A program made the position numbers and the translations under genes. From assembly GCA_050273025.1 (NCBI GenBank), contig CP158635.1, positions 24,924,001 to 24,988,000 of the forward strand: 64,000 nt of DNA, in the 5' to 3' direction. The notes beneath the pieces were generated by a model, which had not been told where the DNA came from, did no database searches, and worked only from the letters and a program-made list of their open reading frames with translations. Origin of the DNA: Cenococcum geophilum (taxonomy: Eukaryota). Below are positions 1 to 13,781 of the stretch, one piece after another. Position 1 is the first letter of the stretch; the number at the start of each line of letters is the position of its first letter.

Positions 1-1828
1 TAGCAACCTTAGAACGGCTTTTAGTAAGCCAAAAACCTAAAAACGAAATCATATAAAAGTATAGTAAAAGCCTAGCAAGACGCTGTATAGCGAAAACTCG
101 TTCAGCTAGCGTCTTAAATATAAAAATGCAATTTTAGATACTCTGTCGTATCCGGAAAAGCTAGAAAACAGCAAGACCTCCTATAAAAGTTAGTTTATTC
201 TATATTATTATATAATTAAACCCTACCTAAACTAGTACTTAGAGCGAAGTCGAAATCATCCTAAAGGGGATATAGGAGGTCCTAAACTTGCTCTAGATTT
301 CTTAGTATTAGCAGTAATAGCTCTCCTTAGACGCCGCCTCTATTAATCGCTAGTAAATAAGTACTAGCAGTTAGTAGAAGGAGCTTTACTCCCAGCGGCC
401 CTTTAGATTGGCATAATATGCACTTAGAGACTTTAAAGTAATATTTAATGCCTTGTATCGGCGTGCTATATCTATAGACGCAAATATTATATATTAAATG
501 TCTATAAATAAGTGTATGTTCTGGTTTTCTGCGAAGGCAGAATAGGCAAGTTCTATTTAACTTTAGTTAGGGAATGCTCTATTTAAGTTCCTGTAGATTC
601 TGCTAGTATAGCTAGAAAGAAGGGATGTTATCTATATTTAAATTAGATAGCATAGTTACGAAATTATCCTTTATTAAGCGACACTAGTTATAAGCTAACA
701 GGTGCTGAAAATAATACTATTTAAGATATACTGCTTAGTAGTAATCGTAATAGAGAGTTTAGAAAAGGGCTCTAGAATAAAAACCTTATATATTTAGTAA
801 CTAGCAGGAATTAAGGGTCTTAAAATCTTACAATATATTCTAGGGGGAGAACTATCTACAAAAATAGCTGAGGCAATATACGTAGCGGCGTTATTAAGGG
901 AGACTTTATGCTAATAACAGAGTTATAGGAATAAGCCTAGGTAGGCGGAAAACTAATCGTCAATGTTATTTTCTTCCCTAAACGCACGGAAGAAACTAAA
1001 AGGTAAACTTGTAGTTGTGGTGAAATAAATCAACGCTTTATAGAAAAATGCTCAAAGGTAAGTTACGGAGAATAGTGCCTGCTCAGTAATTTTTGCTCGT
1101 CAAGTATAGTCAGCCTCTTGTAGTAGAGCATCTTTAAGTAGAAAGTAGCGCGTGGTTAGCGATACTTCCATAGCATCTAGCAAGGCTATAATTGTTACAC
1201 TAGAGAAGGATTTTAACACGTCTAGTAAGCTCTTAATAAAGTCCGCAGAGTTAACTATTTGTGTAACGATGATAATAACATATAGTCGACTTATTACCAA
1301 TTCCTGGCCTCGTTTTACCCATCTATAAAGAAGATTTAAAACCTCTTCCAAACTTAAGAAATCCTCTGCAAAAAGGCAAAGGACGTTAGTAAAGGGGAGA
1401 AGCAATAGCGAGTAGATCCTATCAACCATATCTTTAGTCTTAGGCTTGGGATATTAGTCGCTAACCCAGTCAAGCCTATACCGCTTAGTCTTATGACAGC
1501 AGTCTACCGTTTTACTAAGTTTAATAAGAAGGTTTTCTAGATTAGCCTCGGCGAAGAGCATTAGATTTTCAGCGCCTGCGGTAGTTAGGTCAATATTCAG
1601 CCTAATTATACCTTAAACGCTACGCCGTTTATAGTTAATCGCGGGAAAGAGAGCTCTTAGTGCTTGTTTTTTATTCTTCTTTCCGATAAAAAGGAGTAAA
1701 GATAGATACTAAGTGTCTGCGTGCGTTATATCGGCTATAAGTTTTTAGAGTTATCCCTTATAGGTTATCAACCACTTATTACAATCCCTATAGAGTTTTA
1801 ACCACTTGTTATACGAACAGGTAATTAT
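1..1828 (-). pseudogene. Patatin-like phospholipase (PLP, Starship-type), RIP-inactivated, runs off the window start
   Basis: deRIPed translation: MITCSHNKWL start; QYPSLLLFIGKKNKKQALRALFP (~1640-1720); YSLLLLPFTNVLCLFAEDF (ORF 1100-1429); IASAIFVDSSPP; RING-like SNRTCLFCLRRKPEH..CGH..C..C (~490-570); LAIDGGGVRG (~324-353); DFDFALGTSSG (~224-260). Confidence 0.9.
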
Positions 1829-3049
1829 ATTAGCAGAAACGGGTTCTAAAACGAAAGCTAATCTTTAGGCTAAATGGAATTTTTCTATTTTATATTGCTG
1901 CGTATATCTTTAGTTACTCTTTTTTAATGGTATAATTAATTAGCCGGCCACTACCTTTCTACTACTAACCTACCTAGCTATATCCCCAGACTATAATAAA
2001 GAGGATTAAAATTCTAATACAATGCTTACTAAGCTTAAATTCTCTATATATTACATAAAATACTTTATAAGGCCTTATCCGCCATAAACTCGTATAAAGA
2101 GGTATACGTTCTTAAGACGATTAAGGAAAAAGAATTAGAATTATGCAATTTTAGTCAATCGGCCAATTATAGATCCCAATCTTTATATCCAGCTAGGTAG
2201 GGAGCAAAGCTATAGACCCCTTCTACTAAACAGCTATAGCAGTTGTTAAAAGTTTAACAGAGCGACGCCACAAGGTTTACTAACTAGGAGATTAGCAAAT
2301 ATAAACTAGTAGTAAAGACAATATAAGTATAGAGTTATAGTAAACTTCTAAGAAGATAGCAATGTTAGTAAACCTATTATACTTACGCCTCTATCCCAAC
2401 ATAATACTTAAGCCGACGTTGTATGTTCTTTAATCCCTTTAGGTTAATAATTAGATAAAATTAAGCGCTTATACTAAAATCCTCGACTTAAATTTCTAGC
2501 AATGTAATATTTCTCTATGGATATGAAAGTCGGCTTTCCCCTCGCCACGTCCCAATTCGAGGAATTCGCACTCACTAAATTTCATCCAAATCTTCGTCAG
2601 ACGGGCGAAGTTCGGGCCTAGTCTGCGTTTCGGGGGGTAGCGCAGATTGGATTTCTTGCTAAATAAGTCTTACGCTTTTTATAGAATTGTCAGGAGTTAG
2701 TAGCTAGTCCTTTAGTGCTTTTTGTTTTATAGCCTTACCACCGTGAAATAGATCCATATATTGAGAAAAAGGCTTTCTAAGAAACCGTATATCTAGTGAC
2801 TTAGATCCTTCGTCCAGAATAAAAATAACCCACAGAAAATTCGTGTTTATTAAATTAGCTCTATTATAGACATTTATAATATCTATTAACTATAGAAAGT
2901 CCGCAATAACGCATCCGAATTTCTAAGGCGCTCTAATAAAGTTATTGTTAAAATATCTATCTACAATTTCGGAAGCTATATTTTTCACAGCAGAGCTATT
3001 GTTCCCTACCCTGCTATATTTTAAGGTTATAATTTGAAAGAAAGCAACC

Positions 3050-5289
3050 TAATTTATAATCTTACATTTATTGGATAGAGATTTAATAATAAAAAGGGCG
3101 CTTTAAGCAGTTATTATAGCAGTTTTAGGAGGCCGCTAGACCATAAGGTGACCCATTTAACTTTACTTATTACTCCCCTGCTGCTGCTTGTAGCTCTACT
3201 ACTGCTTATAGCTCTACTACTGCTCGTGGCTCTACTACTGCTCGTAGCTCTACTACTACTCGTAGCTCTGCTGCTGCTTATAGCTCTACTGCTGCTCGTA
3301 GCTTTGCTGCTGCTCGTAGCTCTACTGCTGCTTATAGCTCTGCTGCTGCTCATAGCTCTACTGCTACTCGTAGCTCTGCTGCTGCTTATAGCCAGCTAAA
3401 TAAGCACTTTTAGGCACTTCTAATATAGGTGCTTACATCTCTTTTATCTAAAGGTCGAAATCGTTTGTATCTTACCGCCTAAAAAAGTAGAAGAAAATAA
3501 ATCGTTTAACTGCGAACGATATAAGCATAGCTTTTAGACTAACTGTATCATTTACACTATATAATATAGGTAGGAATAAAAGGTTCTTATTAGAGATATA
3601 AGAAGCCTATAGCGGTTTACCGCATCTATAATTAATAGGCTTACCACTAAAATTAACGCTTAGAGTGAGAGTGGGGCCTAGGAGTATTTACCGCTTAAAT
3701 TTAGTATAAAGCACTTCTAGTTAGCGGTCTACCTCTAATTTAAAATCCTTATTACTAATTTTATATAATTCTTTAGGTTGCCGATTATAAAGGGAAACCC
3801 AGATTTCTGCTTTATTAGGGTCTTCCCTTAGAAGTTCCTTAATAGGCTTTAACTTAAACCTAAGATTACTAGCTAGCCTTGTAAACTTATACTAAGCCCT
3901 CTTTCTAGCGGAGTTATTACTCTTTTTACCGCTTTCAATATTATCCTTTTTACTTCTTCTATCTACTAATAGAGATATATCGGTTATACTAGGAAAATGT
4001 CGTAGTAAGTATAAGCAGAGTTAATAATAGCGAATAAGTAATTCTGGGGTGTTTGGTATGTAACACTCTCTATTTAAACCAAATTAAACTAAATAATAAC
4101 CGTCGTGCTTTAATAAGCCTGTATAGTAACGCGTAATTGTCTCTCTTATAGAATCTTTATAGTTTAGCGGTAGTATTCCCCTTAAGATTATTATTACGGG
4201 TTTAAGATACTTTAAATCTTTAAAGAATATTTTAAATGTTAGGATTATACCCGGTACCTTAAGTAACTAAGTTAGGACCTTTAGGCGTAGCGAATTTAGT
4301 ATATTAGGAAAAACCTAACTAGTATTTACTAATGTTATTACTAGATTTTTGTCGTCAAAACACGCTAACAGCGTAAGGGATTGTAGGTTCCGGACCGTAC
4401 TCTTGCTAAAAAAAGGCAGTATTGACTTGTTATTATTGGTAATAAACTTCTAAACTCGCTGTATATGCCCGATATAGTAACAGATTTCCTATTATTTGTA
4501 AGTAATATACTAAAAAATCTTAATTGTAGGAAGTAAACCTCTGGGCACTTTTAACTCTATATTGTAGAAAAACATCTAAGTTTAAGGTCCCCCTATAACC
4601 CTATATATAGTAAAAGCGTATCTATTGCATGGCCTAACCATTTATATTTAGGTTGTTGGATTTGGTTTATAACTTTACCCTACTTATTATTACTTAGTTA
4701 AAGGAGCTATCTCTATTCGCCTAACGTATCCTTATAAAATTGATAGAAGCGGACTAGTTAGTATACTTCGCCGTCGGTAGCTTTTTAAGTGTATAAGTAC
4801 CTTTCTTAAATATATATCCCCGTTCGCTTAGATATACCTATCCCTATTAGATTAATTAATTGTAGATAAAGCTGTAAACAAACCCGATAAATATAGGTCA
4901 GTATACTACTATCTATCCTCTAAGAAGAGTATATTCTAAGCTGCCGTAATGCGATATTTGCCATGTAAGCAAAGTAAAGACGTATTATTCTGTATGGGGA
5001 GCCTTGGTAGTTCTTAGTAAAGTAATTTTAGTAGGTGTTTTCTAGTACCAGATTTCTAGACTAATATGTTAAATTTTATAGGGTTGATGATCGCAGAGAT
5101 GTAATTCCCTAGATTAAGTTAAGCGCAATCTTATTTAAAAACTTTTTCTAAATAAGAAACATAGTCTAGATTAAGATGCTCTTCCTTAGGCCTATGAAAT
5201 TTTAGATACTATAGAGCAATCTTTACCGTGCTAAGAAAGTATTTCTATAGGTCTCTAGAAATAGCTTTATCCTATAATATATTTGCCAT
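3050..5289 (-). pseudogene. DUF3723 protein (Starship auxiliary gene), RIP-inactivated
   Basis: ATG at 5289. deRIPed motifs: YFLGTVKI, LCLHGKHRI..A...EDRWWYTDLY, TDGEVY, IPTFKTFFEDLKYLEP, YQLCLYLLRHFP, LGF, RCGKP..ASY..D..LFL, SFAVKRFIFFYFFG. The 3' end is approximate. Confidence 0.88.
3178..3393 (-). repeat. 18-bp tandem repeat x~12, probably an (SYEQQQ)n tail of the DUF3723 gene
   Basis: Unit ctgctgctcgtagctctg. The minus strand reads agc tac gag cag cag cag, with RIP variants. Confidence 0.85.
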
Positions 5290-5324
5290 AATTATAAGTT
5301 ATAAAGGAATTAGCTAGTATTAAA

Positions 5325-6505
5325 TCTCTTTATACCTCCTAGCTAGTTTATAGGATTACTTAGCTCGCACGATTTACTAGTAGTTATTTTTAACTTTATA
5401 AAGGTAGCAAGACAGGCTTATACTTAGACCCTACTATTACCTAGCTTATATAATCTCCTAACTCGCGCGATTACCTAGCTTATAGGATTGACTAGCTTAC
5501 AGCTAAGCGTTAATAAAGGGTACTAGATCATAATTACCTAGCTCTTATAATCTCCTATAAGCGCCTAGCTCCTATAAGCACTTAGCTCGCATAACTACCT
5601 AGTTTATGAAATTGGCTAGCTCCTATGGGCACCCAGCTTATATAATCGCCTAGCTTATAGGATTGGCCGGCTCCTATAAGTACCTAGTTCGCATAATTAC
5701 CTAGCTTGTACAATTACCTAGCTCGTAAGATTACCTAGCTTATAGGATCACCTAGCTTATAGAATTACCTAGCTTATAAGATCACCTAGCTTATAGGATT
5801 ACCTAGCTCGTGGGATTACCTAGCTTATAGGATCACCTAGTTTGTGGGATTACTTAGCTTATAGGATTACCTAGCTTGTAGGATTATCTAGCTTGTAGGA
5901 TTACCTAGCTCGTAGAATTACCTAGCTTGTGGGATTACCTAGCTTGTGGGATTACCTAGCTCGTAAAATCACCTAGCTCGTAGGATTACCTAACTCGTAG
6001 GATTACCTAGCTTATAGAATTACCTAGCTCGCGGGATTACCTAGCTTATAGGATTACCTAGCTCGCGGGATTACCTAGCTTACGGGATTACCTAGCTCGC
6101 AAAATTATCTAGCTTACAAGATCACCTAGCTTGTAGAATTACCTAGCTCCTATAAGCATCTAGCTTACACAATTACCTAGCTTATACAATTACCTAGCTC
6201 GCACGATTACCCAGCTTATAGGATCGCCTAGCTTATAGGATCGAAGCCAGAGTTACTAAACCCATTAATATTTTATTTACACGCTAGGCGTTAATTAGAA
6301 GGCGCTAGGTTAGATACCCTACTTATACAATTACCTAGCTTATAGAATCCCCCAGCTCCTATAAACGCCTAGCTCGTAGGACCGAAGCTATAGCTACTAA
6401 ATCCGTTAAAATCCTAGCTACACGTTTAGAGGGCGCTACGCTTATCCACTTAGCTCGCACGGTTACTTGGTTTGTACAATTATCTAGCTTATACGACCAC
6501 CTAGC
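5325..6505. repeat. 17-bp tandem repeat array (~50 copies; most regular 5690-6240)
   Basis: Unit tataggattacctagct / cgcgggattacctagct / cgtgggatcacctagct. The period is not a multiple of three and the flanking copies are degenerate. Confidence 0.95.
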
Positions 6506-6529
6506 GTATATCTTTTTATAATTTACTAT

Positions 6530-8980
6530 GAATTCCACGTTCTTCTAAAAAAAATTCTATACGCTTCTAGGTAGAATGCCTTAAATTAATTGAAGTTTAA
6601 TTTTAGAGCTGCTTAAGGCGATTTATATATTATCGACCTAAATTGGACTTGTTTTACTACTATCTTACTTTAGTATAATATTAACTATCTAGTTCGACTT
6701 AAGAGTCTCTAAGTATGTAGATATATATAATAATTAGTATTAATCTATATAAGATATAGTAGGCTTTACAAGATAATTTAAATATTGTCCCGTGTAACTA
6801 TATATAAAAACTTAGAAAAGAATATATACTAGCGTCTATATATTGCTTAGTAGTGTCCATCTTAGTAACGTATAATGCTAAGACCTCCTATAATATTCGC
6901 GAATATTAAACGCAGTCACTATATAGCTAATTCGCTTTTTCTACCCGCTATCCCTTATACTTAGTATGCATTATATATAGATAGCGCTTTAAGGCAATTC
7001 TTTAGCAGGTACTAGGAACTAGCAAAACCGCTAAAAACCTACCTTAGTGCGACTACTATAGTTAGATAGTTTTGCAGCTATAGGCTTACAGTTAGGGATA
7101 TCTAGTTACTTTAGGACAAATCCTTAGCAAATTTAAGTGTTAGGTACTAGTAAAACTGCTAAGAACTAGCCCTAGAGTGACCTTATAGCCCTATATCTCC
7201 TAATTATACGGTTAAAATTAATATCCCTTTATATAACTGCAATAGATAGACCTAAGCTCTAATACTTTAATGTTAAATAGAAGATTAAGAATAAGAACTC
7301 TATTAAATTATAAAAGGCTTTATAGTCTTATAAGTAGCTTTAGGGGTACTTAAGGCCTTATAACTATTATTCTTTATAATACTTAGCTTAGATATAGGAG
7401 TCTACAATACTAAGCTTAGGTAAGATGCCATATTTATTAAGACAGTTAGTGTAGAATTACTAAAGGAGATATTAGCTGTTGTATATATATCCCGAATTTC
7501 TAGTATTTTACTATATAGCCTTAATGTCTACCCCCTAACGGTTTTCTAGAAGCATCTAATATAATCCTAGTAGAGGATCAAGCCGGGTCTTCTTCTGCTA
7601 CTAAGCTATAACCTATAAATTATCCCAGAACTGCTTTAGTGTTTTAGCCGACTATTCTTCTCTTTGCGGAAATGGTATAAATAGGGATTTATTATCCCCT
7701 ATTCTGCGAAGTTCTGGCACTGCCTAATTCTCCACATATCAATATCCTTAAACCTTATACTTCTCTCTAGCCGCCTAGACATATAGGGTCTCCACTCTAC
7801 GTAACTAAGTATATGCCTCCTTCTACTAGGAGGGTTTAGGGTATAAATGTACCGCTCCGAGCCTAGAAATAAAACATTGAACTTAACTTAAATAAAATTG
7901 GAGGATGTTATGGAAAGGAGTTGACTAAGGGACGGCTGTGTTAAACATTAATTATATATAAACCCCACTCTTTGCGCTCTTTCCTTTAATTACCTTAAGT
8001 GTTTCGCTGCCTTGGTCGTATTTGTCTAGCCTATTATAGTCATATTCGTGCTAAAAGGAAAAGGTTGGTAACATCCCTAAATGCTATAATCCCTTCCTAT
8101 TATGTAAGACCCAGATTGTCTTATATAATCCTTACAGGTTATAGTTATATCGATAATAATAAAGATTGGTGAAGAACTGCCGCAACTAAATATAAGCGTT
8201 ATGCTCCTTATCTTCTGTAGTCTTATAGACAGAATTGGGTAAGTCTATTTTATCTATATCTCTATCCTAATAGTTGTTCTAACTAAATATATCTTAATTA
8301 AATAAGAACGCGGTTTTGTTAAAGGTATACCTAGCAGATATATCTAAGCCCTCGCTATATTCTATGGAATGAACCTTTTTTTAAAAATACTTTTCTATTA
8401 GGGCATTAAATTCTTTAGACTTAGATATGTGTTGCAACACTCTTATATCTATCTTAAATTTTTGGAAGCTTAATTTTCGGACTAGCGACCATATTGGAGA
8501 GGTCCACTGTATACTATAGCTTAACTTTATCTCACTAAGCATTCTAAAAATGCCTTTAATATCTGCTTAGACATAGAAGTCGAAATTAGAGTATGGCTTA
8601 GTAGAGCTAGGTATAAAGTAGTCTATAGCGCGAGAACCTAATATATACGCGTTGCTCTCGGCCATTGCGTTAAGAAGGCCCTTAGGATTAGTAAAGTAGG
8701 GTCTTAAGTAATGTATAGGGTTCTTTCTCTCCCTATACGCTTCTAACGCGAGTGTCAGTCTATTTACCGTGCCGTCCTTGCCTTTTATATATAATATAAG
8801 CGTGAGATTCTTATAGTCCGAGATACTTATAACCTTATAGAGTTTGTAGAAGCCGTCTAAGTGTAACGTATTAATGTTTGTAGGTGGAGTGTAACGACGT
8901 TGTGAGATTAAGCGGAGGATTAAAGGAAGAGAAAGACTTAATGGCTAATGGCGAAATATTGATATTAAGACTTCTATTAT
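6530..8980 (-). pseudogene. Fungal hypothetical protein with nucleotidyltransferase-like GS...DxD motif
   Basis: 8570-8645 reads YI(S)GSRAIDYFIP(G)STKPYS(D)FDFYV. Downstream are VQLM, ILQFYSSQVQCFISGLGAVHLYP, EKYKVRGY and RRIGDNKSLFIPF. The 3' end is uncertain (7500 or 6530). Confidence 0.65.
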
Positions 8981-9110
8981 GTTCGCTCGATCTCAAACAA
9001 GATTAAAAAAGTCGTTAAATAGTATTATTTTCTTAATCCTGCAAATTATATTAGAATTAAATATATAAAAAAGGAATATAGTATTAGAATTGAAAATCCT
9101 ACGTAGGTGA

Positions 9111-9700
9111 TATAATTAAATCTTTAACATTTATCTAAATATATCTAAGGCACTAGAAACTAATAACACTATTACTGTGTATATTTAACCACCTTATCTA
9201 CCTTACCTACCTCACCTACCTTACCTACCTCATCTGCCTCATCTGCCTCGCGCCCTAGTATAGTTATATTACCCCCCCCTCTTAAAAAAGCCTGCCCTTA
9301 GGTGTTATCTAAGCTCCTTATTGTCGTCTAAATTGTCGTAATTGTCTAACCCTTCTTCCTAGCATTTAATCCAGTTTTCTAGTTTATGTAGTGGTCCGGG
9401 AAGGTCTAATTAGGCTAGGTGGAAATCCCATAGCTTATAGGGGGAATACTTAAAATTAGATATAGGATACTATTCTGGGTCTTTGTTATGGCCTATTTAG
9501 CTTATATAGTATTTTAAGACATTACAGTCCTTTTTAACTGCTAGGATTTCTTTAACTTCCTATTTCTCATCCTCTATAATCTAAATTGGTAGGGGGGGGC
9601 CGTTATACTATCTAGACAATGGGTTGTCTACGGCCTTTTATAGTCGATCTGGGGAGAAAATAGGGGAACTCTAAATTTTAAGGAAGTTACTTTTAATAAT
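9111..9700 (-). mobile_element. Ty3/gypsy chromovirus 3' remnant: integrase C-terminus/chromodomain, PPT and 3' LTR (~9111-9268)
   Basis: deRIPed IFSPDRLRKAADNPLPGQ...EWEVEEILAV..LKY..SWIGHDEDPEWYP..NF..SP.KL.DFH. PPT aagaggggggggtaa is followed by tataac (RIPed TGTAAC). The LTR contains 9-bp gaggcagat/gaggtaggt repeats. Confidence 0.85.
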
Positions 9701-11399
9701 AGACATGCCTTTTGTTTTTAAACCCAGCTAAAACGCCTTATAGAGACTACCTCTAGGAGTATGTAGTATCTGCACTTAAAGTAGGTACTTTAAAATAAGG
9801 GTTATTGTAGCCACGAAGAGTATAGATTAAGCTTAAATAAGCTGACTAAGAGGACGAGGTGGCTACTAGGGAAGAAATTACGAGCGTAAAAAAACTCTAA
9901 TTAAGGCGATATTAGCAGCTAAGATAATATATATCGGCATGGCTATAAACTACAAATTCTCAGCCATCTAAGTATCTATAATTGCGGAGAGGGTGGTTGA
10001 GTAGGGTAATAAAGGTGACTAAGATGACGACTAAACTTCTTTTATCCCTTATACCACCCCTATCCCCTATATCATCCTTACCCCCTACACCACCCCCATC
10101 CCCTACATTATCCTCACCCCCTACACTATCCTCACCCCCTATATTAACTACTACCCTAAAAAAGCTAAGGGCATCGCAGAGCCTCCAATTACTAAATTTG
10201 GTGTCCCCGGATATTTTAACATTCTATTGATTGGATGTCTATATACTAATTATAAGAAAAGAATAAGGACTCTATCTATTAAATATAGCTCTAAGAGCCT
10301 CTATATATATATAAGAAAGGTATAGGAAATGAGAACGAGAAGGGGGGAGGGGGGTGGTAATGGAAATAAGGGGTAGGTGACCGAGTTAATAACTAAGTCA
10401 ATGACTAAGTCAATAGAGGTAGCTAAGTTAGTGACAAGATAACCTGATTTAGGTCGACACATTTATGTATGCAATTCTGCCGCAGCTATAGATTAAGACT
10501 ATATAAATTATAAGTAATATACAATTACGTTTTACGAGAGAATTTTATAATAAAACTATTTAAGGGAGGTTGTTTTATATAATTAAGAGGATATACTAAT
10601 AGTAGAACTACAGCTTATTAAGTCGATAAGAATAATATACAGATTTTCCGGCGGAGTTAAGGCGTTAAATTGACTGATTGCGCCAGTCCTATCAGAAAGA
10701 TGGCCATGTACGTAGCAGTTGATTAAAGAAAGAGGAAATGATTCTAAGATTTACGGAGTGACTATAAGAGGCGTAGTAGTTCTATATTTAATAGCTATCC
10801 CCGTAACTTATAGAGAAAAGGCTAGTTGAGGAACTACTAAACCATATAATATAGAATCTATAACTATTAGCTTCTAAATTATTTTAAAAATATAAATAAG
10901 AGATGCTAGTTCTACCTCCCGCTATAAAATAAGGTTAGGTGTTGTTAAAAGGTACCTTGCAATCCTGGTAAAGCGGTAGGCCAAAATTCTATACAGGATT
11001 CCCTCCCCCTTAATTTGTAGTAATAAGTATAGTAGGCATTCTATCTAATATACAGTTCCAGAGCCTAAAAGCGGTCGGAAAAAAGAATACTAGGGAGAGT
11101 AGTAATTTGTGCATTATAAAAGTTAGTCTTAGAATATAGCAGTAGAAGATAGTACCTGCCTCTAATATAAATGTAAACACAGCACCTTAAGAAGTAGTTG
11201 CCACCTAAAATTTAATAGATAAGTTAATCGGGCCTCTAGTAATATTAATCTATTGCTATAACCTAACTCACTATAAGGGATGCGCCTGTTAATACGTTAT
11301 AAACAAGCCGCCGTAATCTTATTTACCAAAACGGAAGTACTATTAACTTACTTCGGTACTTTACGCTAGCTTGTATATTAGAGAACGACAAATAATATA

Positions 11400-13781
11400 T
11401 CTAAACTCCCGTATATATTATATAGTGTTAAATAATAGAGCTAAAACGTATCCCTAGATTGGAAAAGGGTAAGAAATAACCGGCCTTCTTATATTTATTA
11501 TGCCCTATTAGCGCCGCCTATATTGCCTTAGCAATAATATAATCGCGGCTGCGAAGGCTAGTATCCTAGCGATTATACTAAGACTAACCCTAATACTCTT
11601 AGCCTTTATTGTATAACTCTGTAAAGAATTACTAAATAAAGTGCCGTTATTTGGCACTTATGTCTGCGTAGTGGTAGAAGCGGTGTAATACTTATTATTA
11701 GAGGAAACAATAGTACAGAAAGAAGTAACTAGCGTACTAGGTTTATCTAAGATCTGCGAGCTCGTCTAAGCTCTAGAGTAGCTCCTACCTATAGCTATAC
11801 TTAATAGAACAATTTCTAAAATTAATATAGGAAAGATACTAAGAAGCTAAGCACTTAAGGACCCTAAATCTATTATTAAGGTAGCCAGTATAAAATTTAT
11901 CGTACTGCTCTAGTCTATCTAGTCCTATCCAGTTAAACCTAGTAGTAAAACCGCAGCTATTTCTTTAGCTGGAATTGCGGAACTTAAGGAAATTAAGGAA
12001 CTAGAAGCGACGTCTAAAGCGCTTAAAAATTGTCCAAGTGACCATAGCGTTGTTAGGGAAGTTGAAATTATCCGTGTAAGCGCATGTATAGTAGCTATAA
12101 CTTTTATAATATAAAAAAAAGAGATAGAGGTAGAAACAGAGGCTATAGGATCTAGAGATATATATAGAAGTCCGATAGCAGAGCTTATAGGATTTAAGAT
12201 GGATATAGTATTAGTTAGAACTAAAATGGATATAGTGCTAGTAAGAATTGAAATAGATACAATGCTATTGAAAACTAAGGAAGATGTAACCCTGGTAGGA
12301 ATTAAAATAGATATAGTGCTAGTGGGAACTGAGGTAGATATAGTGCTGGTAGAAACTAAAATAAATATAATGCTGGTGAGAACTGAGACGGTTTTGGTGC
12401 TAATAAAAACTAAGATGGGTGTGTTGCGAGTTAAAACTAAGATGGCTATAGTACTAATAGGGGCTGAAATAGATGCGTGGTTTGTAGAATTTGGGGTAGG
12501 TATAGTATAGCTAAATGTGAAAGTATTACTAGCTATTGTAAGGCTCTCCCCGTTTACAGGCCGTGTTAATAGGGAAAAAAGCAGCTGTGTGGATTTAGAA
12601 AGGGTGGTTAAAATGCTTAAATATCTGTTTAAACTTGGAATCAAGCTTACAGACTAGGAAGCCCTATTAAGGGAATCTAGAGAAGTATATATTGACTTAG
12701 ATATCTAGCTTAAATCTAATATAAACGGCAGTACTATAGAGCGCAATAGTCTGTTAGAGGGTTGTGTAATAGTTATAACCATCCCTAGGGAGTTAACGGA
12801 TTTTAAAGTTAGATCTGTCGTGGTGCTTATAAGAGAGGTCTAGGGATTAGCTTTAGTATAAGCTATAGTAGCGCTTTAAGGTTTTATAGGGCCATTACTC
12901 TTTAAGGGAATCGGAAGACTGTTTAAAGTTTAAACACCATTTGAAATTTCTGTAGTAGTTATAATTGCCCCTACGGAATTAATGGATATTAAAGTTAAGT
13001 CATTCCTAGTCCGTATAAGAGAGAGCTGGGACAAGGCTTTTATATAAGTTATACTAAGGCTTTAAGAAACAATAAAGCTAGTACCCTCTAAAAGAATTAA
13101 AAAGCTTTCTAAACGTGATAATCCGTTTAGATTTGCTATACTCGTCACCGTCCGTTTGAGGTTAGTAGGTGTTAGAGTTATACCTATTCTACTACTGGTA
13201 AGGGAAAGCTGAGATTCGACCTTAATATAAATTATAGCACTACTCTAAGGTCCTATAAGACTAGTAGTTATAAAGAGGACTAAATAGCTCTTTAAAAGTA
13301 GAAGTCTATATATATTTATAATCGTTATTACTATTAATAGCAAGGTAGTAGATACTAAACTCAAGTCTATTCTAGTGCTTATACGAGAATAATAGGGTCT
13401 AATATTAGAAGAGGTTGTGACAGTTTAAAGCCCTATAAGGCTAGTGCTCTTAGGGAGGATAGAAGAGCTTTAAAAATCTACAGGACTGTCTAATAAGCTA
13501 GCAACAGTGTGAATACCATCTTTAGAAGTTAACTTATTGGTCTGTGTTTCTTAGGTTATAGTCTATAGCGAAGAATAAGCAGCGAAGTCGCCAGGTAGTG
13601 TTGAAGATATTCTTTTTATAGTAGTATTTTGCCACCTAGGAGCCCGTGCAATTATTATAGCCGTAGATAACGTTGCTTTAACGTTATTGTAACCTAAGAA
13701 GAAGTAAGGGATAAGAAGAAGCAGAAGACCTATAATAAGATTTGTTATTATCTTCATACTTGTTAATATAGGGAAAGTCAT
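11400..13781 (-). pseudogene. Ser/Thr-rich mucin-like type I membrane protein
   Basis: Signal-peptide-like N-terminus (ORF 13563-13781); ~180-186-bp internal repeats (12780-13500); 27-bp repeats (12200-12480); TM helix IGVGLGIIAGILAFAAAIILLL followed by RQYRRR (~11510-11600). Confidence 0.7.

Noticed and set aside
3114..3399. ORFs 3114-3353 (-) and 3148-3399 (+) as real Ser-rich or Leu-rich proteins
   Set aside because: They are alternative frames of the 18-bp repeat in the DUF3723 tail.
5325..6505. CRISPR-like array
   Set aside because: There are no unique spacers. The units are contiguous 17-mers differing mostly by RIP transitions, the context is eukaryotic, and no cas genes are seen.
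9982..10470. Pro-rich ORF and gactaagtca repeats as a distinct element
   Set aside because: Low-complexity sequence with no paired termini or identifiable protein.
12199..12510. Plus-strand repeat ORF
   Set aside because: Antisense shadow of the 27-bp repeats of the mucin-like pseudogene.
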